DNA of 63,262 bases, counting the filler, from Reclinomonas americana ATCC 50394 (Eukaryota), in the NCBI GenBank assembly GCA_048213135.1. It is 3 parts of 2 records of this genome, joined end to end, with 100 filler letters (N's around TTAATTAATTAA, not from the genome) between each part and the next. Parts side by side here need not be neighbours in the genome. Positions count along the whole stretch, not along the records: positions 1 to 25,860 come from PS015106.1; positions 25,961 to 55,967 come from PS015106.1; 1 more part is not named here. One strand, 5' to 3'. This document shows, piece after piece, positions 13,801-27,028 of this stretch. The notes beneath the pieces were generated by a model that saw nothing but the letters and a program-made list of their open reading frames with translations, was not told the DNA's origin and did not search any database. How positions within the stretch are numbered: position 1 is the first letter of the stretch; each line of letters begins with the position of its first letter. A program made the translations under genes and the position numbers.

Positions 13801-16406
13801 CGACCATTTACTCCACCAAGATGGTTCTCCACCCTGCCATTTCTGTCTTCTGTGCTGCTGTCTCACGTCCTTCTCTTGCTGTGCAGATGATCAAGCGATT
13901 CCTCGAGGACCGCGAAGTGGTGCTCTTCTGTGACCTGCACGGGCACAGCAGAAAGCACAACATTTTCATGTACGGTTGCGAGAATCGAGACTCGCCCGAG
14001 GCTCGCCTCAAGGAACGCGTGTTCCCCAAGTTCTGTGTTCTCTTTCATCACCATGTGTGTGTATGTGTGTGTGCACCCCGTGCTCACCATTCAGGATCGC
14101 AGGCTGCTCTCGGAGCTCTCAGACACGTTCTTGTTCCGCGATTGCAGTTTCCGCGTGCAGAAAGCCAAGGAGTCCACTGCTCGAGTTGCGCCATCCATTG
14201 TTGTGTGATTAGCTGGCCTCAGTTAGACCAACATGGCGGCGGCAGGTTGTCGGATGGAGGGAGCTGGGCATCTTGAACAGTTTCACCATGGAGGCCACAT
14301 TTGCCGGTGCGACCGAGGGGCCCTACGCAGGCGAGCATTTCACCACACGGCATCTCGAGGTTGGATGTGGCATCGAAGCTTGTAATATCTGTATTGCTGT
14401 CGCTGATCTTTATTTCCCTCCAGGAAATGGGTCACCAACTGTGCNNNNNNNNNNNNNNNNNNNNNNNNNNNNNNNNNNNNNNNNNNNNNNNNNNNNNNNN
14501 NNNNNNNNNNNNNNNNNNNNNNNNNNNNNNNNNNNNNNNNNNNNNNNNNNNNNNNNNNNNNNNNNNNNNNNNNNNNNNNNNNNNNNNNNNNNNNNNNNTC
14601 TCTCCCTACTTCGATCTTTTGATTCTCGTTTCCCCCTCCGTTTCTTCCCCCTCTCTACCTTCTTCTTTACTTCTCCCCCTTTTCTTATTCGATTGTTGAT
14701 TGCCGTCGCAGGGTCGAATCGCCACGGTTGGAGGAGCTCCAGTCGAAGGAGTACTCATTTGATCTGCTCAATGCTGGTGCGTCGATGTTGATTTCGTGCT
14801 CTCTCTTTGCTTTCTTCTCACCATTTGTGATCCGCACAGGCCAACTTCGACGGTACGCACATTATTTCTGCACCTTTTTCTGTGCATCATCTCTTCTGTT
14901 GTTTTGTTGTGGCGCAAGATACGAGCATACACACTTCTTACCTGCAGTGATGTGCTGATTAGGCGGCGACCTGACGATGCTCGCTTTGCGAGTGGCGTCG
15001 ACAGTGACGGTGGCGTTGGCGTTGATGTTGCGTGGCTTAGAACAACGACAATTATCGTTTACTCTCGTTGGTTCCGTCTCTCACGTCGTGATGGTCACCA
15101 TATGCACAGGGAACACCTCGCGCTCCCTCCAACAGTCGTGTGGTGAGCTGCTCCACCCGAGAATCAGAGTGTTGCGTATTATAATTGTCTCACACTTCGC
15201 CCACCCCACCGCAGCGCCCTGTCAGCGCTGGCTCACCCAGCCGCGGTCATTCGCGACGGTCCTCGACACTCGACGCAGCCGGCGAGTACCGTTGTGTCTC
15301 TCTGCCGGTCGTCGATTGCGGTGTGGAGTTGCTCACGTCGGCCTCCCCGTCGCAGAGTTTGGTCCCGACCAGGAGTACATGATGCGCTACCGCCAGCTGT
15401 ACGAGGAGGCTCTGCGTGGCAATGCATCGTCACGGTGCGCAAATGCGTGTGTATGTGTCTTCATGTCACTATCATGCGCCTCGTATTCATCGCCACCTTT
15501 GCTTGTCAGCGCACGAGCCGAGCAGACCGCGCAACAGCAGCTGCACGATTTGCAAATGTTGCACGAACTGCAGCACTTGCAGAGATTACAGATGATGGCC
15601 ATGGCCGCCGCCACTGATGGAGGTGGACATGCGATGCACGAATCGGCGGCTTCGCGATCACGATCGCCCGCCGTGGTACGCTCTACGGGTCTCATGGCGT
15701 CGGCGGGAATCACCACCACCGGCGCCCTCGCTGTTGACGTCTATCATCCCGGCCGCAGTCAGCCAGGGGCGCCAGTGGGTGGCGCGTCCTCCACGGGTGC
15801 CTTTGCGACGGCTTCGCCTCACGAGCGCAGAGCTCCATCTGTGCAAGGGCAAAGCTCGTCGCCGTTGCGTTTGTGTGTCATCATTCCTCACCACACACCA
15901 ATCGGGGTGTGTGTTTGTGACTCACGAACATCTGTATTGCCGTGCCAGTGCCGTGCCAGCAAATCCCATGTCGACAGCCGCCGCTGTGGCTGCCGCTGTG
16001 GCCGCCAGTGCTGCTGCGGCGACAGCATCGTCTGCACCACCTGCCAGCGGCAGCAGCAGCAGTCGCCCGACCTCAGGCGTCTCGCGACCCGGGTACTATG
16101 CGCTGACGCCGGCTCTGTACCGCTCCGAGATTGCACTGGTGCGTGTGAGTGAGAAGTGAAGAAGATGGACGCCGGAGGCAATGTGACTCACCCACTCTCT
16201 CACATCATCGCAGGATGAGATGATGAACTCACCTGCATCGCCATCGCATCCTGCTCGACCAACTGCCAATGTTGCGTGCGATTGCCGTGTTGTCGAATTT
16301 GTGTGTGGCTCACACTCTGCGTGCACAGTTGCCGAGGCTCGTCTCCAAGGTCAAGTCCGTGAAGTGGCGACCAAAGGACGACAAGTATGATGTGCGGTTA
16401 ACGTGA
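10546..16406 (+). CDS. Cytosolic carboxypeptidase (M14D, CCP/AGBL tubulin deglutamylase family); catalytic region ~12432-14444, flanking exons tentative
   Basis: Spliced motifs [87 protein letters not shown]. Attachment of the 10546-11685 and 14710-16406 exons to this gene is inferred across gaps. Confidence 0.9.
11135..11452. repeat. Pyrimidine-rich triplet/hexamer low-complexity tract ((TTC)n, (TTCTTG)n, (TCC)n), intronic
   Basis: Direct reading; lies between predicted exons of the CCP-region gene. Confidence 0.9.
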
Positions 16407-16729
16407 TGTGATGATGTATGAAGAAGAAGAAAGTGTATGTACAAAACACCGACAATCTCCCCTCCTGGCAGCATGCTGAGATTATGTTGTATACATGTCG
16501 ATTGCGAATGACAACAAACAACTCGGAAGGAGAGAACAAAGACAAGCGAAAAAAAAGAAGGAAAGATAATAGAGAGTAGGGCGAAACAGTTAGTGGGTAG
16601 AGTGGTGAGGATCAACAAGAGAAGAAGAGTACACACTAAAAGACAATTGCTTGTATGCGCCCATCGAGTCCGCGTGGTGGACGCGAGGGTCAATCACTTT
16701 TTCTTGTATCCATCGCGCAACCGTCAGCG

Positions 16730-19700
16730 TCATCTCGGGGTAGGAGGGCCGCTGCGCGATTTTCTGTGTGCGACAGCAACAAGACAGGATCAGCTCATGT
16801 TCGCATACACACACGCACACACTGTTGCATCACCAACCCTTGCGAGGATTTCGTAGGTCTCAAAAACCTGTCCAGACCTGCCGCCGGCGGTGGCATCGCC
16901 GATGGCGCGCCACGTGCCGACATGTTGCCGGCGTTCTCCTTGTTCACCACCGTCGTGCCACGAGGTGTCATCAGCGGCTTCTCGGGCTCTGCAGCACGGG
17001 TTCATGTTAGCGCTGCTGTTGTGGTACATGGATAACCAAAGTGTGCATGGTCTCACCAGTCGACGGCGTGCGCTTGAGATCGGCACTCGATCCAGCCCCA
17101 CCCGGAGCATTGGACAGGCCCTTCAGATTGATGCTCACCACATGTGGAGGCTCTGCATTTCACGATTAGCAACACTCTTCAGGCTTGCGACACAGCAGAT
17201 ACACAGTTAACTCACCATCCTTGCGGTTGCTGTTGCTGCCGGCAGACGACAAAATTTTGTGCTCGCTGTTGGCACGGCGGCGTGCAGACAGCGGCGGGAC
17301 GAGCGACGCTTCCGTGGAGCTTGCAGCACCGTTCTCATCCGCCTTGCCAGCCGCAGCGACGAGTGTTGTCGGCGTGGCCGTGGTGGTCGGCGCAGCGGCA
17401 CCGCGATGCAACAGGAGGCTCTCTCGGCGATTGCGCCGACCAGCCTCTTGTGCTGCTGCTGTTCCGTCTGCTCCAGTCGCCGCCGCTGTCGCTGCAGTCG
17501 TGTCGATCGGCAGCCCGTGACCCACCGACGCGAGCAGCTTCTGCGTGGTGGCAGAGAACTTCTTGAACACCTCGCTGATGGGCTCTGGCGTCGACGGATC
17601 CGAGTTGCGTCGCAGGTTCAGGGTCGGCACCTTGACGCTCGACGATGGCGTGCGCGCCGACAGTGGAGGCGGCAACGAGGGCGAGTCGGGGCTCATCGGG
17701 AAGCTGGCGTCGCTGCCGGGGGAGCCGGACAGGTTGTGAGCTGCGCTGCTGTCGACCGCCGGTGTACCTGCTGCTGCAGCCGCTGCTGTGGTGGCAGTCG
17801 GAAGTGCGAGCGACACGGCCGACAGGGCTGCCTTGATTGGAACGGCCGACGGGGCTGCCACAGACGAAAGATCGGGCGACGACTGGTGTGCGCGCATGTG
17901 CTTGGAGGCCTTGCTGCGCAGGCGGCGAGCCTTGTTGGACGGTGCTCCGTCGGGAGTGCTTGGACCAGTGGCCGAGGCAAAGTTCGGCACCATCGACGAG
18001 CCGGTGGGACTGGCCGGCACACTGCCAGTCTGCGGAGCAGGGGCGATCTTGGCTGTGCTCTTGATCTTGGCCTTGCTGGCCGCCGTCGGCGCCATGAGAC
18101 GCGCCGACAGTGGTGCCGCAGCCGACGGTGCTGCCGGCACGGCAAATACGACACCAGCCGACTCGATGTGCTGCTGACTCTTCATGTGGGCTTGGACCGC
18201 GGGCAGATTGAAGCTGATGGCCGGCACTGTCGACGCTGCCGCAGAGCCAGTCGTCGAAATCGACGACGACTCATCCAGCGGAATGGCCAGCTCCACCAGC
18301 TTGCGTGTGGACTCGGACAGTTCGATCGTACTGCGGCTGTCATCACCCTCCAGTGCCGCCGTCCTCGCCGACATGGTGTTGGACTTGAGCTGCCGTGGTG
18401 GTGAGAAGGCTGGCTTGTTCAGACCGACACTCGATCGCCGCGGGCGACGTGCACCGCGCGAGAGAGTGATGTTTGGCGAGACCTCGCCCGCCTGCGGTGC
18501 AGCAGCCATGGCCGCTGCCACTGCCATTGGAACCGCCTTGCCTGCGTCGGGCTCGGGAGTGGCCCACGCTTGCGACTGCAAGGGAAAACCAGAAAAATGA
18601 GAAGGAGACATCACTATCAGTGGATGTGACACGACAAGCGACGCACCGCCACCGGCAGAATGTCGGGCAGTCGCACCAACGAGCGCGTGATGGAAGGAGT
18701 GGGTTGGGCAAACTCCAGCGGCGAGCGCGGGAACGGCTCGTCCTCGAAGCGGAACGAGACCGACTCGTGCAGACGTGTCTTGAGCGGCGTGACCAGGAAG
18801 GAGGAGATCTCGGTGCAAAAGTTCTTCACGTCATCGTTGACAGTGAGGTATGTGTGTGCTGTAACAGTGATGGTGAGTGAGTGACACAAAAGGTGGCACA
18901 CCAGCAAATGATATGCAAGCAGAAGACTCACCACCAAGCTCCTGCTTGAGGTTCTCGCCAAAGGACGAGTGGAAGAAGCGCAGTGCGACATTGTACTCGA
19001 CATTCATCTCCGCGTCGACCAGGTTGTGATCTGTGGTCGCGCAAGTGAGTCGCTTTTGCTGGTAGTCTCCCAACACATGGCGTGTCGCACTCACCGGACA
19101 AGAGGCGATGCTGAGTGCGCAGCAAGCGCTGTAGGCTCTCCATCTGCTGCGTCATATCCTCGTATGTGCGCTGGTACAGGCTCAGGGTCTTCTCGTAGCG
19201 ATCCTTGCTGCGCTCCAACTCCATGGAACGCATGTCGGCCTGCAACTCTCGCAGCTGTGCGGCGAAAAGTGACCAAAGATGAGCAAATAAACAAAACAGC
19301 AGCAGGCGCCTCCGCGAAAGATACGAANNNNNNNNNNNNNNNNNNNNNNNNNNNNNNNNNNNNNNNNNNNNNNNNNNNNNNNNNNNNNNNNNNNNNNNNN
19401 NNNNNNNNNNNNNNNNNNNNNNNNNNNNNNNNNNNNNNNNNNNNNNNATGTCGTGCTCTGGCTTCCACCTGCCGCCTCTCGGCCTCCTGCTCGGCCTCAA
19501 AGTCTGGCGTTCGCTGGCTCTCGGTCAGTTCCGTGATCTTGCGCTTGAGCTCCTCAATCTCCACACGCTGCTCCTGGATGATGCGGTTGTACTCGCTGAT
19601 GTGGAAGTTGACGTTGAGGACGTTGCGGGAGACGCGCGTCTTGATGTTCTTGGCGCGGTTGGCATACTTCAGGGTGTTGTAGGTGTCTTCGTACGACATG

Positions 19701-20800
19701 CTGGACGGGCTGACATTCGCAATCATGATGGTTCGGCAGTTGCCGCCGAGCGAGTCCTTTAGCAGACGCGTCAGCTTGCTGTCACGGTAGGGCACGTAGG
19801 CGCCCCGCTTGCCCGTGGTCAGAGCGTTGATGCAGTTGCCGAGTGCCAGCAGCGACTTGTTGATGTTGGCGCCCTCCTTCAGTCGAGCGCCCTCGTTCTT
19901 GGTCATGGCGGCACGCTCACTGCCAGCCAGATCGATCAGGGAGAGCTTGCCGATGCGCACGTCGGCCTTAACATCGGCGGTGCGCGGCTGCTGCTCCACG
20001 AGGATCTGCAATCAGGCGGGTAAGAAAATCACTGTGTCGCATGGCTCGCACCGAAGGAGAGCGGCTCACCTGCAGCACGGCGTGCGAGCGACTGGATTCC
20101 TGGTTCGCCTCGGTCGGGTGCTTGGTGCGGTTCGAGTTGCCAAACTGCAACATCTGCAGCACCTCCTCGGCCGTGCTCGGGAAGTACTCGGTGAGGCCGG
20201 CCACGGTCATACCGCGATCCTTGTCCTCGCGCAACTCCAGGTTCTGTCCCTTCCGGCTGTCGTGCGGCAGGAGCAGATCCTTGATCGTCTCGTTGTAGAC
20301 CTCGAGATATTGCATGGAGACGCGGCAGGTCACTTCGTCACGCTTGGCGTCAATGGCCTTGAACAGGTCGCGCATGGTCAGCACCATGACGCCGGGTCCG
20401 CTTTCGTCGGAGCCACTCATCGTGAACGTCTTGCCGGCACCTGCACACTCGCCAGCAGAGTCGGCAACAAGAACGAAGGAGAAGGAGTAAAGCAAGGAGA
20501 CTCACCAGTGGCACCGTACGCAAACACGGTGGCATTGAATCCGTTCATAACACCCGGCAGCAGGAAGCGAGTCGTGTTCTGGTACACCTCCAGCTGCGTG
20601 GTGCGTTCGTCAAAGACGCGATCGAATGCGTATCGAATGTCCTTGGGCTTGCGGCCAAACAGCGGCTTTCCAACACCCGACGGCGTGCACTTGGCCGGCT
20701 CCTCGTCTGACGGATCAAACACCACCACGTTGGTGTCGACGGCGCGCACCAGCCGGTGGAATGGCCCGTTCTTCTCACGCTCATTCTCCGGTCGCAGACT
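16730..20800 (-). CDS. Kinesin-8 family motor (KIF18/KIF19-like) with long low-complexity tail; 5' exon in gap, 3' end approximate
   Basis: [28 protein letters not shown] (P-loop), [70 protein letters not shown]; the last segments are characteristic of kinesin-8. Confidence 0.92.
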
Positions 20801-20879
20801 GCACCGGTGACAAGTGTGAGTTGCCCCGGCTGACGCACTGACTGTCGCTCTGTGCGCGNNNNNNNNNNNNNNNNNNNNG

Positions 20880-21496
20880 TGGTTGCAGGTGCGTCGCGGA
20901 CAAACTGATTCCTGCGCTTCGCGCTTTAGACTCATCCCACAGACACTCTCACACAGAGATTGCTCTCTGCCGACTCGGTGCTCAGTGGTGCGATCTGCAA
21001 CCGCGATGGCCTGCTCCACGCGGCCACTGAGGACATGCAGGTCTCTCCTATCACCCACACGCACGCATACTTTCCTGTTCTCTCTCTCCGCCTCACACGC
21101 CTTGTCGCAGCCGTCGCGATCGGAGCTCGTGACGTTGGTGGATTTCTTTGTGAATCCCGACGGCCATGTTGACGACACGTTCACAGTGGCCGGCCTGCTG
21201 CTCCAGTCCACTGCCACGGGGACCGACGTGCTGATGGCCAGGCAGCCACTGACCGACGAGGAGTCGCAGCAGCAGAAGCGACTCGGATTCGTGTGCATCG
21301 CCACGAACAAGCTGCTAGTCATGGTGACGTACAACTTTCGCACGCAGGCGCCGGGTCTCGTGATCGGTGAGCCCTCTCTTCACGTTACAATCCACGTTTC
21401 ATGTACATTCTTGCTGCTGTTGCTGTTGTTGCTAAAGCACAACACGCAGACGCACTGCAACAGGTGACCGATGCGCTGCGCCATGAATCTCTGTGA
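20880..21496 (+). CDS. Divergent profilin-family protein (start codon in N gap)
   Basis: Spliced ...WLQ|RLLSADSVLSGAICNRDGLLHAATEDMQ|PSRSELVTLVDFF...GFVCIATNKLLVMVTYNFRTQAPGLVI|DALQQVTDALRHESL* follows profilin patterns (AAIxxxDGxxxA; GxxxxxTxxxxxxxxY; C-terminal helix). Confidence 0.7.
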
Positions 21497-21503
21497 GCCT
21501 CAT

Positions 21504-24500
21504 TCATGAGTGCGTGCTCGACGACGCCGTGCGATCGCGCGGCAGCACGGCGCGATCCGTGGCCGCAGTATCGGCGCGGCCGCCGTTGCTGCTATCGTGT
21601 GGCCTTCGATCGAGAAGCGCCACCACTCGTCGCAGCTCATCCTGCATTTTTCACGCGGGTCACAACGACAGTGTGAGTGAGTCGCCCCCCCGGCGGTGCA
21701 CCGGCGTACCTGGCTCACGTGCATCTCGTCGCGCGCCTGTTGCAGCTGCTCTCGCAGCTTTGCGTTCTCCTGGCGCAGCGCGCCCGTCACCTCCGACGCA
21801 AACACTTGCGAATTGCCTGTCTGTGCCGTGATCTGCACCGGAAGAGAGAGTGAGGAGGGAGGGGGGTGTGCACGATCCACTGGGCGGTAGCCACGGGCAT
21901 GTTGCGCGTACCAGCTGCTCCTGCAGACGCTCCACTTCGGCCTCCAAGTCGTACAGACGACGTGCCGCGTTGGCGTCACCCTGTGCAACCATTGATAAGT
22001 AAAATAACAATAACCGAAGATCATCAACACCCACTTCACGGAAGCACACCATGGTGGAGGCCAGCACGTCGTTCCACTTTTCCAGCTCTTCAATGCGTGT
22101 TTCTCTGCAAGGCAGACGACTGTGAGTACCTTGTGTGGGTGTGTATGCCCACCACTGCACACACTCAACTTGCTGGCGACAGCGGCTCGCATCTCGTCAC
22201 GCTCGCGTGCAAACATCTTCATCTTCGAGTCGAGAATGTCCTTGAGAGTGGCCCGCTGCTCCTCTAGCTCCCGCAGTTGCAACGAAAACTGGCGATGCTC
22301 ACTGTGCAAAGCATCACGGTCGGCGGCAAAGAAACACACCACGCCCGTTGCCCCATTTGTGACTGACTGACCTGTCATCCCCGGCGTGAGCGCGCAGCGC
22401 ATCACGCTCTGTCGTCAGCGTCTGAATCAGCTGCTCAGTGATCTCTGCCTCCTGCTCGTAATCGTGGATCTGCTCCTCCAGCCTGCAGAACCAGGCGGTG
22501 AGAAGGTACCGGCGTGGTGACAACAAGGCGACTGAAACGAAACGTGCGCACGGTCTCCGCCAAGTGCAAACGCTCAGCCTCCAACCGCGTCCGCGCAGCC
22601 ATGGCCTCCTCCAACTTGGAATGCAAGAGCTCCTCACGCGCCGAACTGGCCACCAGATGCGCCTCCGCTTGGGCTAATCTCTTCTGCAGTGATTCCACAC
22701 CTCCCGATGCACTGTTCTGCAGTTCCACCAGCCGTTCTTGCAGCTCAGCTGCGCAGGCAAGACGTGAGCGTCGCACGCGAGGTGCATGCCGCCTCGCAAC
22801 GATCACGCACCGTGCTCATTCAGCAGCGCTCGATTCTTCTCACACGCGTGGTCATATTGTACCTTGAGTTCCTTCAGTTGATGGTGGGTGGCCTCTGTGT
22901 GGAAAAGGTAAACAATGAGGAACAAAGTCCAGACGACACGCTGCGCAGTGATGACACGCAACTGGCTTCACTCTCTAATAGATCGGCTCGCTGGTGCGCC
23001 ATCAGCAGCTCCTGAGAGAGCGACGTGGCATCTTGGTCGTGCTTCTCTGCTCGGCCACGAGTGAGTACACGAAATGCGGCGCACAAATGGGACAAGAAGC
23101 GGAAACGAACCAAACAGATCACGCAGTCGCTTGTTCTCCTCGACAAACTGACGCAGTGTATCGGCTTCAGCACGGGCCTGCTTTGCAACCTTGTCCGACT
23201 TTTCTTGCTCGGAGGAAGCTTGATGCACGCGTCGTTGCATCTCCTGCTGCAGCTCATCGCACATTTGTTGCAGGCTTTTGATCGCCAGCCGATGAGCAAG
23301 ATAGGTGCACCGCTCACTTTGATTCTTATCAGGCACAACGTACCGAATTACTTCGGCCTGGTACGTAGTGTTGGCACTGCTCCACTCGTCCATCTGACGC
23401 TCGAGTTTCGCCACGTAGGTATTCATGTTGGTCTGGGTGTGACGAGTGCGCTCCGCCTACAGCGACGAGTCAGTGAGCGTGAATGTCACAAGAGGAAAAC
23501 ACACTGCACACAAACCAAGGTCGCGTACTCGCTGATGAGTGACGTGGCCTGCACACCACACTCGCACACCTCCTCGATCAACATTTCCGCCACCGGCAAC
23601 AGTTCGCCAGCACCTGCCACGATGTGCGTTACTATTATTGCAAGAGCAAGTGCGGCGTTGTAGTGCTTGTCGACGCAACTCATGCGCGAGAGCGGCTGCT
23701 GCAAATCGACGCGACTCGTAATGTGCGCCGGTGGTCGACTCAGTCCCTCTGGCCGACTGCTGGTCAGCGTCTCGGCAAACTGGCGATGCATGCGCTGGAG
23801 TCGCGGAATACTCTGTGTGGTCAAACCCGTCGTCGTCGTTAGCCAGCCACCCGTGATGAACAAGGCAGAGCGAGTGCCACCACCCCTCACAGACCATGTG
23901 CAGCATGCGCTCCAACTGCTCCTTGGTGGCTTCGAGTAGGCGTGAACCCTGCAGAATGGTCGCATTCGCGCGTTCCACTTGCCGCAATTGTTCAGCAGTG
24001 ATGTTGACTTGCGCACGCAATTCGTCGGCCTCGGAGCGAGCGGCAGGTGGCGAACTGAGTACAACGTGATGCTCGCCGCCTCCACTGCCACCACCACTGC
24101 TGGAAGAGCCGCCACTTCGTTTGCTGCTGCAGTGCGATGCGCTTCAGCTCCAGACATCACCAGGCGATACATACAGCACAGGGACGCACCTTGTAACCAG
24201 GTGGCGCAGGTCTTCAATAGATTCCGCCAGCAGCGGGAACTCGCGCACCAGCAGTTCGTCAGTGACACCCATGGGTGCGACGGGCTGTGCGCAGACAACC
24301 AAATAAAATATAAGATTGCTGACAAATGAAGGAATGCAGTGATGTTCGCGAACCGATGGAAGCGACGCCGAGTGCGACGTGGTGGCCAGCGCCTGCAATA
24401 TCACGTTTGTGAACCGAACAGCTGCAAGCTGAACAGACATCACATACAAACCTTCACATGCACAAGTTTCTGAATCACAAAGCGAATAATGGCCTCCAGC

Positions 24501-25770
24501 TTCTCGGCCTGCGAGCAGCACGCCCGTCAGCAACAAAGCGAGATGATTTCATACACAGCAAAAAAAGCACATGCCTTTCGTGTGAACTTGGTGCGTTCCG
24601 CAGCCATAAAGCCATTCTCCGTCATGAGTGCCTGCCGTTGCGCCGTCGCCGCCTCCAAGGCCTGCTCCAGGATGCGCACCTCCTCCGTCGACTCGTTCAA
24701 CTTGGTAGTGCACCTGGTAAGCGCCGCCTTGGCATCCTCTGCAGCTGGTTGTGAGCAAACAGAGTCACAACACACATACACCAGTGAGGCGCAATTACGC
24801 ACCACACTCTCCCTTCACGTGAGCGAGTTTCTCCTCGGCGTGGCGCAGCTTGAGGGAGACATCCTCGAAGGGCTTGGAGAAGCGCTCGGATGCCTCCTGA
24901 ATGAGACGCTGGATGCGCTCGTTGCTCTCGCGCTGCACATTGACTAGACGCTCTTCGTACTCCGACACCACTTTGGTCTCGCGTTGTGCCACTTCGCGCT
25001 CCACACGCTCGCTCTGCGACTGCACCTCGGCCGTCGCCTTGTCGAGTCGGTGCAGCAGATTGGCACGGGACTCATTCAGGGTCGTGCACCGCAGCTCGGT
25101 CTCCTCCAGCTGCTGGAGAATCTCTTCCGCCTGTCGCAGAGTCTCACTGGCAGCCTCGGGCAGTGACTACGTGTCACGATAAGATTCAACACCAACGTGT
25201 GAATGTGAGACTACGACACTACGAACCATCTCCGATGGAGGTCGGCTGTACGTCTCGGCCACGTCACCGGACTCCAGTGGCGAGCGTCGAAGAGCTTTGC
25301 GCCGTCGTGTGTCGAGTCGCACCAAGAAGCGCTCCATACTCTTGCGTGCACTGCGTAATTACGTGCGTGAGTACTTGAGCGACGAACAGAGAAAGATGTC
25401 TGGCGACGCACCTTTCTGTGTCTGCACTCAACACCTCCACTTGCGACTTCAGGCCACCGACACCTGAGTGGATAAGCGAATGAGAAATACGTGGCGAGTG
25501 GACAACAGAGAACGACAATGTCTTTCGCACCGGTGGTGACGGCGAATTTCTCATGCTTCAGTTCCTCGACGGTCAGCGCCAGCGACGCGAGCTGTCGCTC
25601 CTGTTGCACCAGCTGCTCGCGTGTTTCACGCAGTTCCTTGTTGAGCTCCTCGTTCTCCAGTGACTTGGCCTCGCGCACGGTGACGAGCTTGGCAATCCGA
25701 TCCTTGCAGCGCGCCACCTCCTCGTTGAGGAAGACGACACGCTCTTCCATTGCAGCCTTTTCACTGCGTG
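21504..25770 (-). CDS. Large multi-exon coiled-coil protein of unknown function (5' end in gap)
   Basis: Many short exons with heptad-rich E/L/Q/R sequence (e.g. LENEELNKELRETREQLVQQERQL; LEEQIHDYEQEAE; LRQENAKLREQLQQ) joined by GT-AG introns; last exon ends ...SSTHS* at 21506-21504. Confidence 0.7.
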
Positions 25771-25904
25771 GAGGAGAAAGGGGGTGTGAGGTGCGTCAGC
25801 ATGCTGGTGATGCTCGACTGGCCACGCAACACAGCGAGTGCCTGCATGGCAGTGTCCTTTNNNNNNNNNNNNNNNNNNNNNNNNNNNNNNNNNNNNNNNN
25901 NNNN

Positions 25905-25916
25905 TTAATTAATTAA
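25905..25916. other. Artificial scaffold linker TTAATTAATTAA within an N run (second copy at 56012-56023)
   Basis: Identical palindromic all-frame-stop 12-mer centred in ~100-nt N blocks at two places. Confidence 0.9.
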
Positions 25917-26129
25917 NNNNNNNNNNNNNNNNNNNNNNNNNNNNNNNNNNNNNNNNNNNNACCGCATACTCACACGTTCACACACATGCACGCGAGTGTC
26001 AGAGTGAGAGCGAGAGAGAGAGTGTGTGTCATGTCGCGTGCGAGGCCACGCTTTTGTTTTTGTTTGTTTTTCCCCTCGATGAATCTGGCATTCACATGCG
26101 CAAAAAAGGACTTCCCGTTGAACGAGTCC

Positions 26130-26766
26130 ATGTCGAAGATCGAGGTCGATCAGCTGTGGGAGGTACGCGCGCATGTGAGCAGCGATTTTCCGCGCACACT
26201 CGACTCTCAGTATTCACATCTCCCACGCAGGTGTATGACAAGGATAACAGCGGGTTCCTGGATCAAGTCGAGCTGACCAAGGTCGGCCACTGTGTTGTCT
26301 GTGGCCTTGCAGCTTGAGTGTCGCTTGCTCATGCTTGTGTGTTTCCCCCTGCGCAGCTGATTATCGATGTGTTTGACGAGGTGGCGAACTACAAGGGTCT
26401 CAGGTGCGCGCCTCCTTGCAATGCGTGGCTTATGTTCTGTGGCCCTGACACAACTGCAGTGAGGCCAAGAAGCGCAAGGCGCAGAAGCTGCTCGACTGGG
26501 CCCTCTCGCCCGAGTCCACACGAGCGTTTGCCGATCTGCTGCTGGAGTTTGACAAGAACCAGGATGGCAAGATCAGCAAGTTGCGCTTGCGCGTGAAAAG
26601 CAATGCCTGCGGTACCGAGGGAGAAGCTCATTGTGTGTGTGTGTGTGCAGGCAAGAGTTCCGCGATCACTACCAGCAGGTTTGTTGTGCGTGCGCGGTCT
26701 GTTAGCTTCTGTGAACGTGCGTGCTCATGTGTTGCATCGACGCAGCTGCTGGCCGTCTTCTTCTGA
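26130..26766 (+). CDS. Small EF-hand calcium-binding protein (two EF-hands), 6 exons
   Basis: Spliced LWE|VYDKDNSGFLDQVELTK|...FDKNQDGKISK|QEFRDHYQQ|LLAVFF*: two canonical 12-residue EF loops. May extend further 5'. Confidence 0.85.
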
Positions 26767-27028
26767 GCGTGTGGTGGATCCGGCTGAGGAGGAGGCGGAG
26801 GAAGGAGAAGGAAGAGGAAGAGGAGGGTCGCAGCCCGACCACGCTTGCATTCTTCCCACCACTTATTTTTGTCGTCTTTTTTCTTTATTGCCCTCCACGT
26901 CTCTCTCTCTCTCTCCTTTCTCCCTCCTCACTACCGCCACCACCGCCGCCGCCAATAAGGAAGTGTACGATTTCAGCATCCATTTCGACAATCGAATCAT
27001 CGCATCTTTTTTCCCTACGCGCTGAGCA

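Noticed and set aside
25905-25916. Palindromic TTAATTAATTAA (also 56012-56023) as a transposon target site or regulatory motif
   Set aside because: Sits centred in N runs and encodes stops in all frames: a scaffolding linker. Gene adjacency across these points should not be trusted.
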